From: Bacilli bacterium
Lineage (GTDB): Bacteria; Bacillota_I; Bacilli_A; RF39; UBA660
Assembly (NCBI GenBank): GCA_022791775.1
Contig: JAAVZT010000013.1
Coordinates: 1 to 62,620, forward strand
Direction: 5' to 3'
Length of the DNA stretch: 62,620 nucleotides
The stretch's first letter is position 1. Each line of letters opens with the position of its first letter. The position numbers and the translations under genes were made by a program. Shown one piece after another: positions 47,933 to 58,671 of the stretch. Under the pieces are notes generated by a model that saw nothing but the letters and a program-made list of their open reading frames with translations, made no database searches and had not been told where the DNA came from.

Positions 47933-50044
47933 ATGCATATGGAAGAAAATGATTCTTTGAAAAATGTATTAGAAAAATATGGGCGTGATATTACCAAAAA
48001 TGTGACAGATAATAAAATTGATCCAGTAATTGGACGAGATGAAGAAGTTCGAAATATTATTCGTATTTTATCTCGTAAAACTAAAAATAATCCTGTATTA
48101 ATCGGGGAACCTGGAGTTGGAAAAACGGCGATTGTCGAAGGTTTAGCACAGCGAATTATTAAAGGAGATGTTCCAGCTAGTTTAAAACAAAAGCGTTTAT
48201 GGGAGTTAGATTTAGGAGCATTAGTTGCAGGAGCAAAATACCGTGGAGAGTTTGAAGAACGGTTAAAAGCGGTGTTAAAAGAAGTAAAAGATAGTGATGG
48301 AGAAATCATTATGTTTATTGATGAAATTCATATGATTGTGGGTAGTGGTCAAGAAGGAACTATGGATGTAGGAAATATGCTAAAGCCAATGCTTGCTCGA
48401 GGAGAAATTCGTTTGATTGGTGCTACGACACTAAATGAATATCGGAAATACATTGAAAAAGATGGCGCTTTAGAACGTCGTTTTCAAAAAGTTTTAGTAA
48501 GTGAACCAAATGTAATGGATACTGTTACTATTTTAAGAGGGTTAAAAGAACGTTTTGAAATATTTCATGGAGTGACGATTAAAGATAATGCTTTAGTAGC
48601 TGCTGCTACTTTAAGTGATCGTTATATTACTGATCGATTTTTACCAGACAAAGCAATTGATTTAGTGGATGAAGCTTGCGCAACCATTAAAATGCAAATG
48701 GATTCTGTTCCAGTAGATTTAGATCAATTAACCCGTGAAATAATGCGTTTACAAATAGAACGACAAGCATTAACAAAAGAAAAGGATGAGTTAAGTAATG
48801 CTCGAAAAAAAGAAATAGATGATCGAATTGCCGAATTGCAAATAAAAGAAGAACAGATGCGTTCTAGTTGGGAAGAAGAAAAAAACATTAAAGAACAAAT
48901 AAATAAGAAAAAAGAAGAATTAGAACGCGCAAGGTTTGATTTAGAAGCAGCAGAAAATAATTATAATTTAGAAGTAGCTGCTCGACTTCGACATGGAGAT
49001 ATTCCAAAGTTGTCAAATGAATTAGAAAAATTAAAGGAAGATACGAAATCACAGATTTTGAGTGATGTAGTAGATGAAGAAGGAATTGCCACTATTATTT
49101 CGCGATGGACCAATATTCCTATTCAAAAATTGGTTAGTGGAGAACGAGAAAAATTACTTTCTTTACATGATAATTTAAAAAAACGAGTGATGGGGCAAGA
49201 TAATGCAATTAAATTAGTGAGTGAAGCGATCATACGTGCCCGAAGTGGAATTAAAGATCCAAATCGTCCAATCGGTTCTTTCATCTTTTTAGGACCTACT
49301 GGTGTTGGAAAAACCGAAGTTGCTAAAAGTTTAGCTTATGAGTTATTTGATGATGAAAGACATATGGTACGAATTGATTGTTCGGAGTATATGGAAAGTT
49401 TTAATGTATCACGTTTAATTGGAGCTCCTCCTGGATACGTCGGTTATGATGAGGGTGGCCAATTAACAGAAGCGGTTCGGAGAAATCCATATAGTATTGT
49501 TTTGTTTGATGAGATTGAAAAAGCACACTCTGATGTTTTTAATATATTATTACAAATTTTAGATGATGGGCGAATTACTGATAGTCAAGGACGAACTGTT
49601 GATTTTAAAAATACAATTATTATTATGACGAGTAATTTAGGAAGTGAGTATATTTTGGAAGAAAATGATGGTTCTGAAATTCATGTAATGGAATCTTTAC
49701 GTAGTACATTTCGCCCTGAGTTTATCAATCGAATTGATGAAATCATCATCTTTAAGCCTTTACAAAAAGAACATGTTTCTGCGATTTTAAATAAAATTAT
49801 TCGTGAGATTGAACAACGATTAGCACCAAGTAATATTCATATTCGTTTAACGAAAGAAGCGGAACAAAGGGTATTAGATGATGCTTATGATATTAATTAT
49901 GGTGCCCGTCCTATTAAGAGATATGTAACCAAACATATTGAGACGTTGCTTGCAAAGCAATTATTAAAAGAAGATACAGAATTTAACGATCAATTTATTA
50001 TAGATTATCAAAATGATGAATTTTTTATTCAAAAAGAAAAATAA
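47933..50044 (+). CDS. clpB: ClpB disaggregase lacking the N-terminal domain
   Basis: [23 protein letters not shown], coiled-coil M domain, [26 protein letters not shown]. Confidence 0.93.
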   Translation: MHMEENDSLKNVLEKYGRDITKNVTDNKIDPVIGRDEEVRNIIRILSRKTKNNPVLIGEPGVGKTAIVEGLAQRIIKGDVPASLKQKRLWELDLGALVAGAKYRGEFEERLKAVLKEVKDSDGEIIMFIDEIHMIVGSGQEGTMDVGNMLKPMLARGEIRLIGATTLNEYRKYIEKDGALERRFQKVLVSEPNVMDTVTILRGLKERFEIFHGVTIKDNALVAAATLSDRYITDRFLPDKAIDLVDEACATIKMQMDSVPVDLDQLTREIMRLQIERQALTKEKDELSNARKKEIDDRIAELQIKEEQMRSSWEEEKNIKEQINKKKEELERARFDLEAAENNYNLEVAARLRHGDIPKLSNELEKLKEDTKSQILSDVVDEEGIATIISRWTNIPIQKLVSGEREKLLSLHDNLKKRVMGQDNAIKLVSEAIIRARSGIKDPNRPIGSFIFLGPTGVGKTEVAKSLAYELFDDERHMVRIDCSEYMESFNVSRLIGAPPGYVGYDEGGQLTEAVRRNPYSIVLFDEIEKAHSDVFNILLQILDDGRITDSQGRTVDFKNTIIIMTSNLGSEYILEENDGSEIHVMESLRSTFRPEFINRIDEIIIFKPLQKEHVSAILNKIIREIEQRLAPSNIHIRLTKEAEQRVLDDAYDINYGARPIKRYVTKHIETLLAKQLLKEDTEFNDQFIIDYQNDEFFIQKEK

Positions 50045-50146
50045 ACATGGTTAGAATATAACCTGTTTTTTTAAATTATAACACTATTTAAAAAAATAAC
50101 TCTTTTTGCTCTGCTATAGTTTGTTTAGGATAAGGAAGTTGGAGTT

Positions 50147-52078
50147 ATGACACAGAAGCGATGGATTGTTATTGGAATAAGTACTTTCATTATTTTAATG
50201 ATCGGAGTGAGTTATGCTTATTGGCATGTGACGAAATCCCAAGAAGAAACAAATCAAATTGCTAGTGGTTGTTTGGATATAGAATTGGTGAGTAATAGTA
50301 AAGAGATTAAGTTAGAGAATGCTTATCCGATATTAAATAGTGAGGGAGTGAAACTTTCTCCATATACCTTTACAATAACAAATACTTGTAGTATTTTTGC
50401 ACGGTATGAATTAACGTTAAATATATTACTAGAAAGTACTTTAAAAAGCCAATATATTGCGGCGGTATTAGATCAAAATGATGTTAAGAAACTAAGTGAG
50501 TATGAAGAAGCGGAGCCATTAACGGGATATCAAGAAAGTCGAATTTTACAAAGTGGATTTTTAGCTTCTAATGAGAGTGTTACATTTGATTTGCGTTTAT
50601 GGATTGATGAAAGTGTAACAATCAAAGATACGGAAGCAATGAATCGGATCTTTCAAGGAAAGATCGGAGTGACCGCGACGCCTAGTCAATATCGCACTTT
50701 GGCAGATACAATTCTTCAAAATGAATATCCATCTCTTAGTGTGGAACAAGCAAAGAATCAAATTAAAAGTAAGCCAATTCCGGATTTTAGTAAACCAGCC
50801 CCATTTATCGAATGGCAAGAGAATCCTGGTACAGATATTGTAACAACAGTGGCCATTATGCCTCATCCAAATAAAGTGGGAGAATATCAAGGGTTTACAA
50901 ACATAGAGCAAAGTTATGTAGGCTTATCAAATGCTTATACATTTGATCCCGAAACCGGAAAGTATACTTTAACAGAATTATTTTTAGTCGATCCTACTAC
51001 TATCACAGATTATGATACAAAGGATTATTACTTTTGTAGTGCCGGAACATGGATTAATGCTGATGATATGATGAATCCTTATCAAAATTATGAAAATTGT
51101 TCAGAAATTTATAAAGTAACAAGTGTGACGAAAGAAGATTATGAACAAACAGGATTATCAGGAACATCTTTTCAAATGATTCAATATATTCTTATCGGAA
51201 ATCGATATAATCAGATCGAATTTGAAAGTGATAGAGCGGATAAAGGTTTATTTATGGCTTTAGATGATGACGGAGAAAGTTATTATTATCGTGGAAGCGT
51301 TAGTAATAATTATGTAAAATTTGCAGAATTCTACTGGCGAATCATTCGTTTAAATGGAGATGGAAGTATCAGACTTCTCTATGCAGGAGATAGTCCCACT
51401 GCTAGTGGAAGGGAGCTATCATTGGATAAGAAAAGGAGTGCTTATAATATCCAAAGCAATTTACCAGGGTATGTGGGATATAAATATGGAAACAGTTTTG
51501 ATACCTATCAGAATGTAATTAAAAATGAGCAAGATAGTACGATAAAAACGGTATTAGATAATTGGTATCAAAAGAATATTATTGAAAAAGGGTATCATGA
51601 TAGAATAGCGGATAGTATTTTTTGTAATGACCGAGAATTACAAAGTGGAGATGGGGTAAGTACAACTCAAAATACTAATTTTCAAACCAATCAAAGATTA
51701 GTAGAAGAGAAGAGTCCAACGTTTGAATGTCATCAAGAGGGGGATCGATTTACAGTAAGTGAAAAAAAAGGAAATGGATCTTTAACATATCCAATAGGAC
51801 TGATTACTTCTGATGAACTTCAATTTGCAGGTATGACGAACAAATACATAAATAAATTAAGCTATGTTTATTCTAACGAAGGTTATTGGTCAATGTCTTC
51901 TGGTAGATTTAGTATTTCTAATGGTTCTGTTTCTATGTTGTATCTTACTTCGAATGGGTATGTGTCGAGTAATCGTTGTCATTATGAGAATGGTGTGCGA
52001 GCCGTAATTAATTTAAAACCAAGTGCTGTAATTATAAGTGGAAATGGAACGGTTAATAATCCTTTTGTTGTGGAATAA
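50147..52078 (+). CDS. Large secreted/surface protein with C-terminal lectin-like domain
   Basis: Signal peptide ending IGVSYAYW (SipW/TasA-like), SYYYRG...NYV.F....WRIIR.NGDGS block, YW.MS...GVRAVINLK...GNGT..NPF end. Confidence 0.75.
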   Translation: MTQKRWIVIGISTFIILMIGVSYAYWHVTKSQEETNQIASGCLDIELVSNSKEIKLENAYPILNSEGVKLSPYTFTITNTCSIFARYELTLNILLESTLKSQYIAAVLDQNDVKKLSEYEEAEPLTGYQESRILQSGFLASNESVTFDLRLWIDESVTIKDTEAMNRIFQGKIGVTATPSQYRTLADTILQNEYPSLSVEQAKNQIKSKPIPDFSKPAPFIEWQENPGTDIVTTVAIMPHPNKVGEYQGFTNIEQSYVGLSNAYTFDPETGKYTLTELFLVDPTTITDYDTKDYYFCSAGTWINADDMMNPYQNYENCSEIYKVTSVTKEDYEQTGLSGTSFQMIQYILIGNRYNQIEFESDRADKGLFMALDDDGESYYYRGSVSNNYVKFAEFYWRIIRLNGDGSIRLLYAGDSPTASGRELSLDKKRSAYNIQSNLPGYVGYKYGNSFDTYQNVIKNEQDSTIKTVLDNWYQKNIIEKGYHDRIADSIFCNDRELQSGDGVSTTQNTNFQTNQRLVEEKSPTFECHQEGDRFTVSEKKGNGSLTYPIGLITSDELQFAGMTNKYINKLSYVYSNEGYWSMSSGRFSISNGSVSMLYLTSNGYVSSNRCHYENGVRAVINLKPSAVIISGNGTVNNPFVVE

Positions 52079-52177
52079 AGATTTCTGCGAGAAAATTATT
52101 TTGTGACAGTAGGATATTGTTGATATAAAGGAAAAGGCTTGCTTAAAACTGATTTGCATAGTATAATGATTTTATAA

Positions 52178-52367
52178 ATCGATGAAGAAAGATATGATGA
52201 AAACAAGTTTTAGTTTAGAGAATAAGTGGTCGGTGCAAACTTATCTAAAATGTTTTGATTACTCCTTTCGAAGAGGATTAATAAATCCCGGGGTTTCCTC
52301 GTTAAATGAAATGAAGTAGATTAGGATGGTACCGTCGATATGACTCCTTGGGTATCATCTTTTTTTC
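52178..52367 (+). promoter_or_regulatory. T-box riboswitch (Thr)
   Basis: AGAGA bulge and GGTGCAA distal loop, specifier ACT at 52261, T-box TAGGATGGTACCG, terminator with T run; upstream of thrS. Confidence 0.82.
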
Positions 52368-52406
52368 TTCGATTTGTGGCTTATGATATTATAGGAAGGT
52401 GAAAAT

Positions 52407-54158
52407 ATGATTAATATTAAAGAACATGAACATTTAAGTATTTTAAATCATAGTTGTGCACATTTATTAGCGCAAGCTGTGAAACATTTATATCCAAACG
52501 CAAAGTTTTGGGTGGGTCCTGTTATTGCAGAAGGATTTTATTATGACATAGACCTTGGTGAAGAGACATTAAAAGAAGAAGATTTAGAACGAATCCAAAA
52601 AGAGATGAAGAAAATCAGTAAGGATGGAAAACGTATTGTTCGAAGAGAGCTTAGTAAAGAAGAAGCTTTAAAAGAATTTGAAGATGATCCATATAAAATT
52701 GATTTAATTGAAAATATGAGCGATAGTGAAGTAATTTCTTGTTATTCGCAAGGAGATTTTACGGATCTTTGTCGAGGACCTCATGTGGAATCTGTAAAAG
52801 AACTGAAATATTTTCAATTGTTAAAATTTAGTGGAGCTTATTATAAAGGTGATTCTAATAATAAGGTGCTACAAAGAATTTATGGAATCTGTTTTGAAAC
52901 AGAAGCGGATTTGCAACAACATTTGCAAGAATTAGAAGAAGCAAAAGAAAGAGATCATCGAAAAATTGGAAAAGAGTTAGAATTATTTATGACTCATGAA
53001 CTGGTTGGTCCAGGTCTTCCATTATGGTTACCAAATGGAGCAAGTGTGCGAACTATTTTGGAAAATTATATTCGGGAAAAAGAATTCAAATTAGGTTATC
53101 ATCATGTCTATACACCTTGTATGGCTTCAACCGAATTGTATAAAATTAGTGGACATTGGGATCACTATAAAGATGATATGTTTCCCGTTATGGAAATGGA
53201 TAAGGAGGAAATGGTTTTACGTCCTATGAATTGTCCGCATCATATGTTAATTTATAAAAATAAAATTCATAGTTATCGTGATTTACCAATTCGAATCGGA
53301 GAATTAGCTCCTGATTTTCGTTATGAAGCGAGTGGGGCTGTTTGTGGGTTAGAACGTGTAAGAGCAATGTGTCAAAATGATGCGCATTTGTTTGTTCGAC
53401 CTGATCAAATTAAAGAAGAATTTGCAAAAGTAGTGGCTTTAATATTAGATGTTTATAAAGATTTTCATATTACAGAATATAGTTTTCGCTTATCATTGCG
53501 AGATAAGGATGATACCGAAAAGTATTTTCAAGATGATGAAATGTGGAATCGTGCAGAAATGGAATTACGAAATGTTTTAAATGAACTTAATTTACCATAT
53601 TATGAAGCCATTGGAGAAGCCGCATTTTATGGACCAAAATTAGATGTTCAAATTAAAACAGCAATTGGTCATGATATTACACTTTCGACTTGTCAATTGG
53701 ATTTTTTACTACCAGAACGATTTGATTTAACTTATGTAGATGAATTTGGGGAAAAAGTACGTCCAGTAGTGATTCACCGTGCTATTATCGGGACATTCGA
53801 TCGTTTTATGGCTTATTTGATTGAAGAAACGAAAGGGGCTTTTCCTCTATGGCTTGCGCCAACTCAAATAAATGTTATTCCAGTCAATTTAGAATATCAT
53901 GAAGAATATGCTAGAAAAATTCAAAGCGAGTTAGTAGGATGGAATTATCGGGTTGATTTGGATTTAAAAAATGAAAAGTTGAGTTATAAAATACGAGAAA
54001 GTGTGATGAGAAAGGTTCCAATTACGGTTATTTTAGGGCAAAAAGAAGTCGATGAAGGAACTATTAGTTATCGTAAATATGGCAGTGAAGAAACAGTAAC
54101 TGTTACAAAAGAAGCGTTTCAAGCTTATTTAGAAGATCAAATTCAGAAGAAATTATAA
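52407..54158 (+). CDS. thrS: Threonine--tRNA ligase (no N-terminal TGS domain)
   Basis: HSCAHLLA, DLCRGPH, RDHRKIG, RPMNCPHH, GEAAFYGPKLD, HRAI.G. Confidence 0.97.
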   Translation: MINIKEHEHLSILNHSCAHLLAQAVKHLYPNAKFWVGPVIAEGFYYDIDLGEETLKEEDLERIQKEMKKISKDGKRIVRRELSKEEALKEFEDDPYKIDLIENMSDSEVISCYSQGDFTDLCRGPHVESVKELKYFQLLKFSGAYYKGDSNNKVLQRIYGICFETEADLQQHLQELEEAKERDHRKIGKELELFMTHELVGPGLPLWLPNGASVRTILENYIREKEFKLGYHHVYTPCMASTELYKISGHWDHYKDDMFPVMEMDKEEMVLRPMNCPHHMLIYKNKIHSYRDLPIRIGELAPDFRYEASGAVCGLERVRAMCQNDAHLFVRPDQIKEEFAKVVALILDVYKDFHITEYSFRLSLRDKDDTEKYFQDDEMWNRAEMELRNVLNELNLPYYEAIGEAAFYGPKLDVQIKTAIGHDITLSTCQLDFLLPERFDLTYVDEFGEKVRPVVIHRAIIGTFDRFMAYLIEETKGAFPLWLAPTQINVIPVNLEYHEEYARKIQSELVGWNYRVDLDLKNEKLSYKIRESVMRKVPITVILGQKEVDEGTISYRKYGSEETVTVTKEAFQAYLEDQIQKKL

Positions 54159-54202
54159 AAATTATGCTAATTTAAAGTTTTTGTGATATAATATATTTGA
54201 AA

Positions 54203-54403
54203 TCGCAAAGAAGACATGATAAAAGAATTTGCTTTGGGAAAGAGAGTTCACGGTTGGTGAGAGTGAATCCAAATTTCTTTTATTTCTACTTTTTAGAGGG
54301 ATTCATCATCCACGGGACAACCGTTATCAAAATTAAGTAAAATAAGGGATGGCACCGCAAGACTATTTGCTCCTTTTTGGGAAAGTAGTTTTGCGTTTTT
54401 TTT
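54203..54403 (+). promoter_or_regulatory. T-box riboswitch (Ser)
   Basis: AGAGA, GGTGAGA distal loop, specifier TCT at 54285, CCGTTA, T-box AAGGGATGGCACCGC, terminator CGCAAGACTA...TAGTTTTGCG plus T run. Confidence 0.88.
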
Positions 54404-54429
54404 ATCAGGTCAATAGAAAGAGGAAAAAA

Positions 54430-55731
54430 ATGATAGATATTAAAATAATTCGAGAAAATCCAGAATTAGTGAAGGAAAATATTAAAAAGAAATTTCAGGA
54501 TGAAAAGATACCTTTTGTGGATGAAATCATAGAGAAAGATCGTCAAAGAAGAGATACTCAGGTAAAAATAGATCAATATCGAAAAGAAAGAAATGATTTA
54601 TCTTCTCAAATTGGTTTATTCATGCGAGAAGGAAAAAAAGAGGAAGCAGAAAATAATAAAAAGAGAGTTAATGAGATTAATCAAGAGTTAGTTCGTTTGG
54701 AAGAGTTGGAACGTGAATTGGCAGAAGCTATTCAAAATCGTATGATGGTTATTCCAAATATGATTGATAAAAGTGTTCCGATTGGAAAAGATGATAGTGA
54801 AAATGTAGAAATTGAAAAGTTTGGTGAACCATTTGTAAGAGATTATGAAATACCTTATCATGCTGATATATGTGAAAATTTAGGAGGACTTGATAAGGAA
54901 AGTGCAGGTCGGACAAGTGGAAATGGTTTTTATTATTTGATAGGAGATATTGCAAGACTTCATGAAGCGACGATTGCATATGCTAGAGATTTTATGATAA
55001 GTAAGGGGTTTACTTATGCTATTCCGCCATTTATGATTCGAAGTGATGTGGTAACTGGAGTAATGTCTTTTGCGGAAATGGATGCTATGATGTATAAAAT
55101 TGAAGGAGAAGATTTATATTTAATTGGAACCAGTGAACATAGTATGATAGGAAAATTTAAAGGACAAATTATTGATGAAGCAGAATTACCAATTGCCATG
55201 ACGAGTTATTCTCCATGTTTTCGGAAAGAAGTAGGAGCTCATGGACTAGAAGAAAGAGGCTTATATCGAGTTCATCAATTTGAAAAACAAGAAATGATTG
55301 TATTATGTAAACCAGAAGAGGCAATGGAATGGTACAATAAAATGTGGAGTTATACAGTAGAATTTTTTAGAAGTATGGGAATCTCTGTTCGAACATTGGA
55401 ATGTTGTAGTGGAGATTTAGCTGATTTGAAAGTAAAATCTTGTGATGTAGAAGCATGGAGTCCTAGACAACAAAAATATTTTGAAGTGGGCTCTTGTTCT
55501 ACTTTAGGAGATGCTCAAGCAAGAAGATTAGGGATTCGTATGAAAACTGAAAATGGAAATCAATATTTAGCCACTCTTAATAATACTGTGATTGCAAGTC
55601 CACGCTCTTTAATTGCCATACTTGAACAATGTTATCAAAAAGATGGTAGTGTAAAAATTCCAAAGGTATTACAACCTTATATGGGTGGATTAGAAGTTTT
55701 GCAACCTAAATTAAAAGAAAAAGGAGAATAG
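54430..55731 (+). CDS. serS: Serine--tRNA ligase
   Basis: MIDIKIIREN, LIGTSE, CFRKEVG, RVHQFEKQE, EVGSCS, LNNT; true start 54430 (the track start at 54349 lies inside the T-box). Confidence 0.97.
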   Translation: MIDIKIIRENPELVKENIKKKFQDEKIPFVDEIIEKDRQRRDTQVKIDQYRKERNDLSSQIGLFMREGKKEEAENNKKRVNEINQELVRLEELERELAEAIQNRMMVIPNMIDKSVPIGKDDSENVEIEKFGEPFVRDYEIPYHADICENLGGLDKESAGRTSGNGFYYLIGDIARLHEATIAYARDFMISKGFTYAIPPFMIRSDVVTGVMSFAEMDAMMYKIEGEDLYLIGTSEHSMIGKFKGQIIDEAELPIAMTSYSPCFRKEVGAHGLEERGLYRVHQFEKQEMIVLCKPEEAMEWYNKMWSYTVEFFRSMGISVRTLECCSGDLADLKVKSCDVEAWSPRQQKYFEVGSCSTLGDAQARRLGIRMKTENGNQYLATLNNTVIASPRSLIAILEQCYQKDGSVKIPKVLQPYMGGLEVLQPKLKEKGE

Positions 55732-56181
55732 GTACATATACTAAGTCGGAAATTAAATCATACTTATAGTATGATTTTTTTGATGATTTAAAAATAAGAA
55801 TGATTCAGAAACTGATTGTAAATAAAAAAATGGGATATCAGTAGAAAATGTTAAAAAAATTATCTTTATTTAAAATGCAATATACCTAATGAGAGCGAGC
55901 AAGTTTTGATGTTGCAATTAATTTAAAGAGATACCTGGCAAAGTGTGAAAATAGAAAAAATTATTTGAAAAAGAGCAAGAAGATTATAAACGAATTGTAG
56001 AGATGTGCTGTATTATCAATAGAAATGATTTATTTTTAGAGTGTAATCTTAATAGTCCTGAAAATTGATAGGAGTAAGTGATATATTAAAATAAAAAAAA
56101 TCTTTCTATACAATTTTTGGTTTTATTTGATTAACCAAGCATGGAATGTTATAATATTGGCGATTGAAAGGGCTTGATTTT

Positions 56182-57585
56182 ATGAATTTACCAAATATGA
56201 AAGCTGCAAAAGTAAGAGGAGCTGAGGTTGTTCAATATCTTGAAAATATCAATAAAAAAGAATCTGCATTCGAAGGAAAAAACTATTTTTTACGGACATA
56301 TGGGTGTCAAATGAATGTACATGATTCAGAAGAAATATCTGCGATTGTAGAAAATCTTGGTTATCAAAAAGTTGATAAAATGGAAATGGCAGATTTAGTG
56401 ATTTTAAATACTTGTGCGATTCGAGAAAATGCTCATGATAAAGTATTTGGATATTTAGGGAGATTAAAACATTTAAAAAAAGAAAAACCTGATCTTGTGA
56501 TTGCAATTGGAGGATGTATGCCTCAACAAGAGAGTGTCACAAATGAGATTTTAAAAAAGCATCCATATGTGGATATTGTTTTTGGTACTCATAATATTCA
56601 TGATCTTAGCCGTCTTCTTTTAGAACATCAAAAAAAACAGGAAATTGAAGTGTATAGTATCGAGGGAAATGTATATGAAAATGTTTTATATAAACGAGAT
56701 TCTAAGATAACTGCGTGGGTAAATATTATGTATGGTTGTGATAAATTTTGTACTTATTGTATTGTCCCTTTTACAAGAGGTCGTCAAAGAAGTCGGGAAT
56801 TAACTCCCATTTTGGCAGAAGTTCGAGAATTAAAAGAACAGGGATATCAAGAAATTACTTTATTAGGACAAAATGTGAATGCTTATGGAAAAGATTTAGC
56901 TAATCCAGTTTCTTTTGCAACACTTTTAAGGGAAGTTGCAACAATTGGAGTTCCACGGATTCGATTTGTAACAAGTCATCCGTGGGATTTCACTGATGAA
57001 ATGATTGATATTATTGCCAAGTATGATAATATTATGCCTTATATTCATCTTCCTTTACAATCTGGCTCGAGTAGAATTTTGAAATTAATGGGGCGACGTT
57101 ATACCAAAGAAGATTATCTGAGTTTGTTTCAAAAAATGAAAGAAAAAATAAAACATGTTGCCATTACAACTGATATTATTGTCGGTTTTCCAAATGAAAC
57201 AAGAGAAGACTTTGAAAGTACAATAGATGTTGTCAGAACTTGTGAATTTGATGGAGCATATACTTTTATTTTCAGTCCACGAGAGGGAACTCCTGCAAGT
57301 CTTATGAAAGATAATATTTCGTTAGAAGAAAAAGAAAGTAGATTGCAACAATTAAATGAATTGGTGAACTCTAATTCCTTAAAGAAAAATCAGGAATATT
57401 TAGATAAGATTGTATCAGTGTTAATAGAAGGTATTAGTGAGAAAGATTCTAAAAAAGTATATGGATATACGGATACTATGAAATTAGTAAATGTGATCGC
57501 CTTACCTGATGTGATTGGAAAGATAATTCAAGTTAAAATTACGGATGCTAAAAGTTTTAGTTTAGATGGGGAACAGGTTTTATAA
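56182..57585 (+). CDS. miaB: tRNA methylthiotransferase MiaB
   Basis: TYGCQMN, NTCAIRE, GCDKFCTYC, HLPLQSGS, TDIIVGFP, TRAM tail. Confidence 0.95.
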   Translation: MNLPNMKAAKVRGAEVVQYLENINKKESAFEGKNYFLRTYGCQMNVHDSEEISAIVENLGYQKVDKMEMADLVILNTCAIRENAHDKVFGYLGRLKHLKKEKPDLVIAIGGCMPQQESVTNEILKKHPYVDIVFGTHNIHDLSRLLLEHQKKQEIEVYSIEGNVYENVLYKRDSKITAWVNIMYGCDKFCTYCIVPFTRGRQRSRELTPILAEVRELKEQGYQEITLLGQNVNAYGKDLANPVSFATLLREVATIGVPRIRFVTSHPWDFTDEMIDIIAKYDNIMPYIHLPLQSGSSRILKLMGRRYTKEDYLSLFQKMKEKIKHVAITTDIIVGFPNETREDFESTIDVVRTCEFDGAYTFIFSPREGTPASLMKDNISLEEKESRLQQLNELVNSNSLKKNQEYLDKIVSVLIEGISEKDSKKVYGYTDTMKLVNVIALPDVIGKIIQVKITDAKSFSLDGEQVL

Positions 57586-57618
57586 AAAAACATTTTAATC
57601 TAATCTTTAAAATGTTTT

Positions 57619-58671
57619 TTAATTTTGATTTGTTATATTTTTTGTTTTATTCTTGGTGATAAAATGATAACAGTATAGTAAGAACATTATTGTTATTTCA
57701 AAAATTCCCAATATGATAGGTAAAATAAAGTATACTTGAAGCTCAATATAATAAATTTCTCCTAAATAAATGACTAAGAAATAAAGGAGTGTTAGAATTG
57801 TAAGAAATAGCAATTTATTTTTCTTTTTGGGAAGAGTATGACGGATATTATTACCGCTAATTGCTAAAGTCATAAAGACATCTAAAATCCAAGTAATACT
57901 TATAAAATTTTCGATTTTTTCTAAGAATTCGAAGATCTTTATCTTTTTTAGAATCATATATTCTGGGTAACGATATATTTGAATTAGATTGGGTCCTAAA
58001 ACAGAAATGATAAGTATACCAATTAATAAAATAGTAATGGTTGATAATAAATATTTTCGAACGAGTTTTGGTTCTTTCATTGGAGCATTCAATAGCAAAA
58101 GAAAAGGGGCACTACTATAAAAAGCATAGAATAAAGTGCAACGTATCATATCGCTTATTTCTTGCGTCATAATAGGAAAGAATTTGTCAATTGTTCCATA
58201 TGGAAATAACATACAAATGGATGCAATTACAATGATAAAAGAAATCGGCATAAAAATTTCTCCTATACGTCCAATTGTACTCCAGCTTTTGTTTGTAATA
58301 CGATAGATTAAGTAAATAATAGGGATTAAAATAAAAAAGGTTGGGGAGTGAATGAGGAAATAAGAGGCAGCGAATGTTTCTAAAATAAAGAGTAGTTGAC
58401 TCATAATAAATAGATTGAATAAAAAGAATAAAGTTAGAATTAAATATTTTAAAAATTTATTTTTCTTTAAATAATCTTTTAAATTTTCTTCTTGCATTTT
58501 TTCTTTTATTTTGGAAATTCCATAGACAAGTATGAGGCCTAGTAGGGTACCAATTGTAAAACAAATCCAAGAATCTTTGTTGGTAATGCTTAATATAACA
58601 GAGTAACCAAACCCTAAAAAGAATGCTCTACCTAAAAAATAGGATAAGGAATAAATTTTTCGTTTACTCAT
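57619..58671 (-). CDS. Spore germination receptor B subunit (GerAB family)
   Basis: About 10 TM helices, IYRYP, FLEKIE; third gene of an A-C-B operon. Confidence 0.82.
   Translation of the reverse strand: MSKRKIYSLSYFLGRAFFLGFGYSVILSITNKDSWICFTIGTLLGLILVYGISKIKEKMQEENLKDYLKKNKFLKYLILTLFFLFNLFIMSQLLFILETFAASYFLIHSPTFFILIPIIYLIYRITNKSWSTIGRIGEIFMPISFIIVIASICMLFPYGTIDKFFPIMTQEISDMIRCTLFYAFYSSAPFLLLLNAPMKEPKLVRKYLLSTITILLIGILIISVLGPNLIQIYRYPEYMILKKIKIFEFLEKIENFISITWILDVFMTLAISGNNIRHTLPKKKNKLLFLTILTLLYFLVIYLGEIYYIELQVYFILPIILGIFEITIMFLLYCYHFITKNKTKNITNQN

Noticed and set aside
50147-52400. A complete DGR in this window
   Set aside because: I found no reverse transcriptase ORF and no adenine-rich template copy of the variable region; only the target-like footprint is reported.
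54349-54429. N-terminal extension of SerS shown in the ORF track
   Set aside because: It overlaps the T-box antiterminator/terminator; the real start is ATG 54430 with its own RBS.
55760-56100. Long intergenic region after serS as an ncRNA
   Set aside because: Apart from the terminator hairpin I see no stable structure or known motif; it is probably a decayed gene that I cannot identify.
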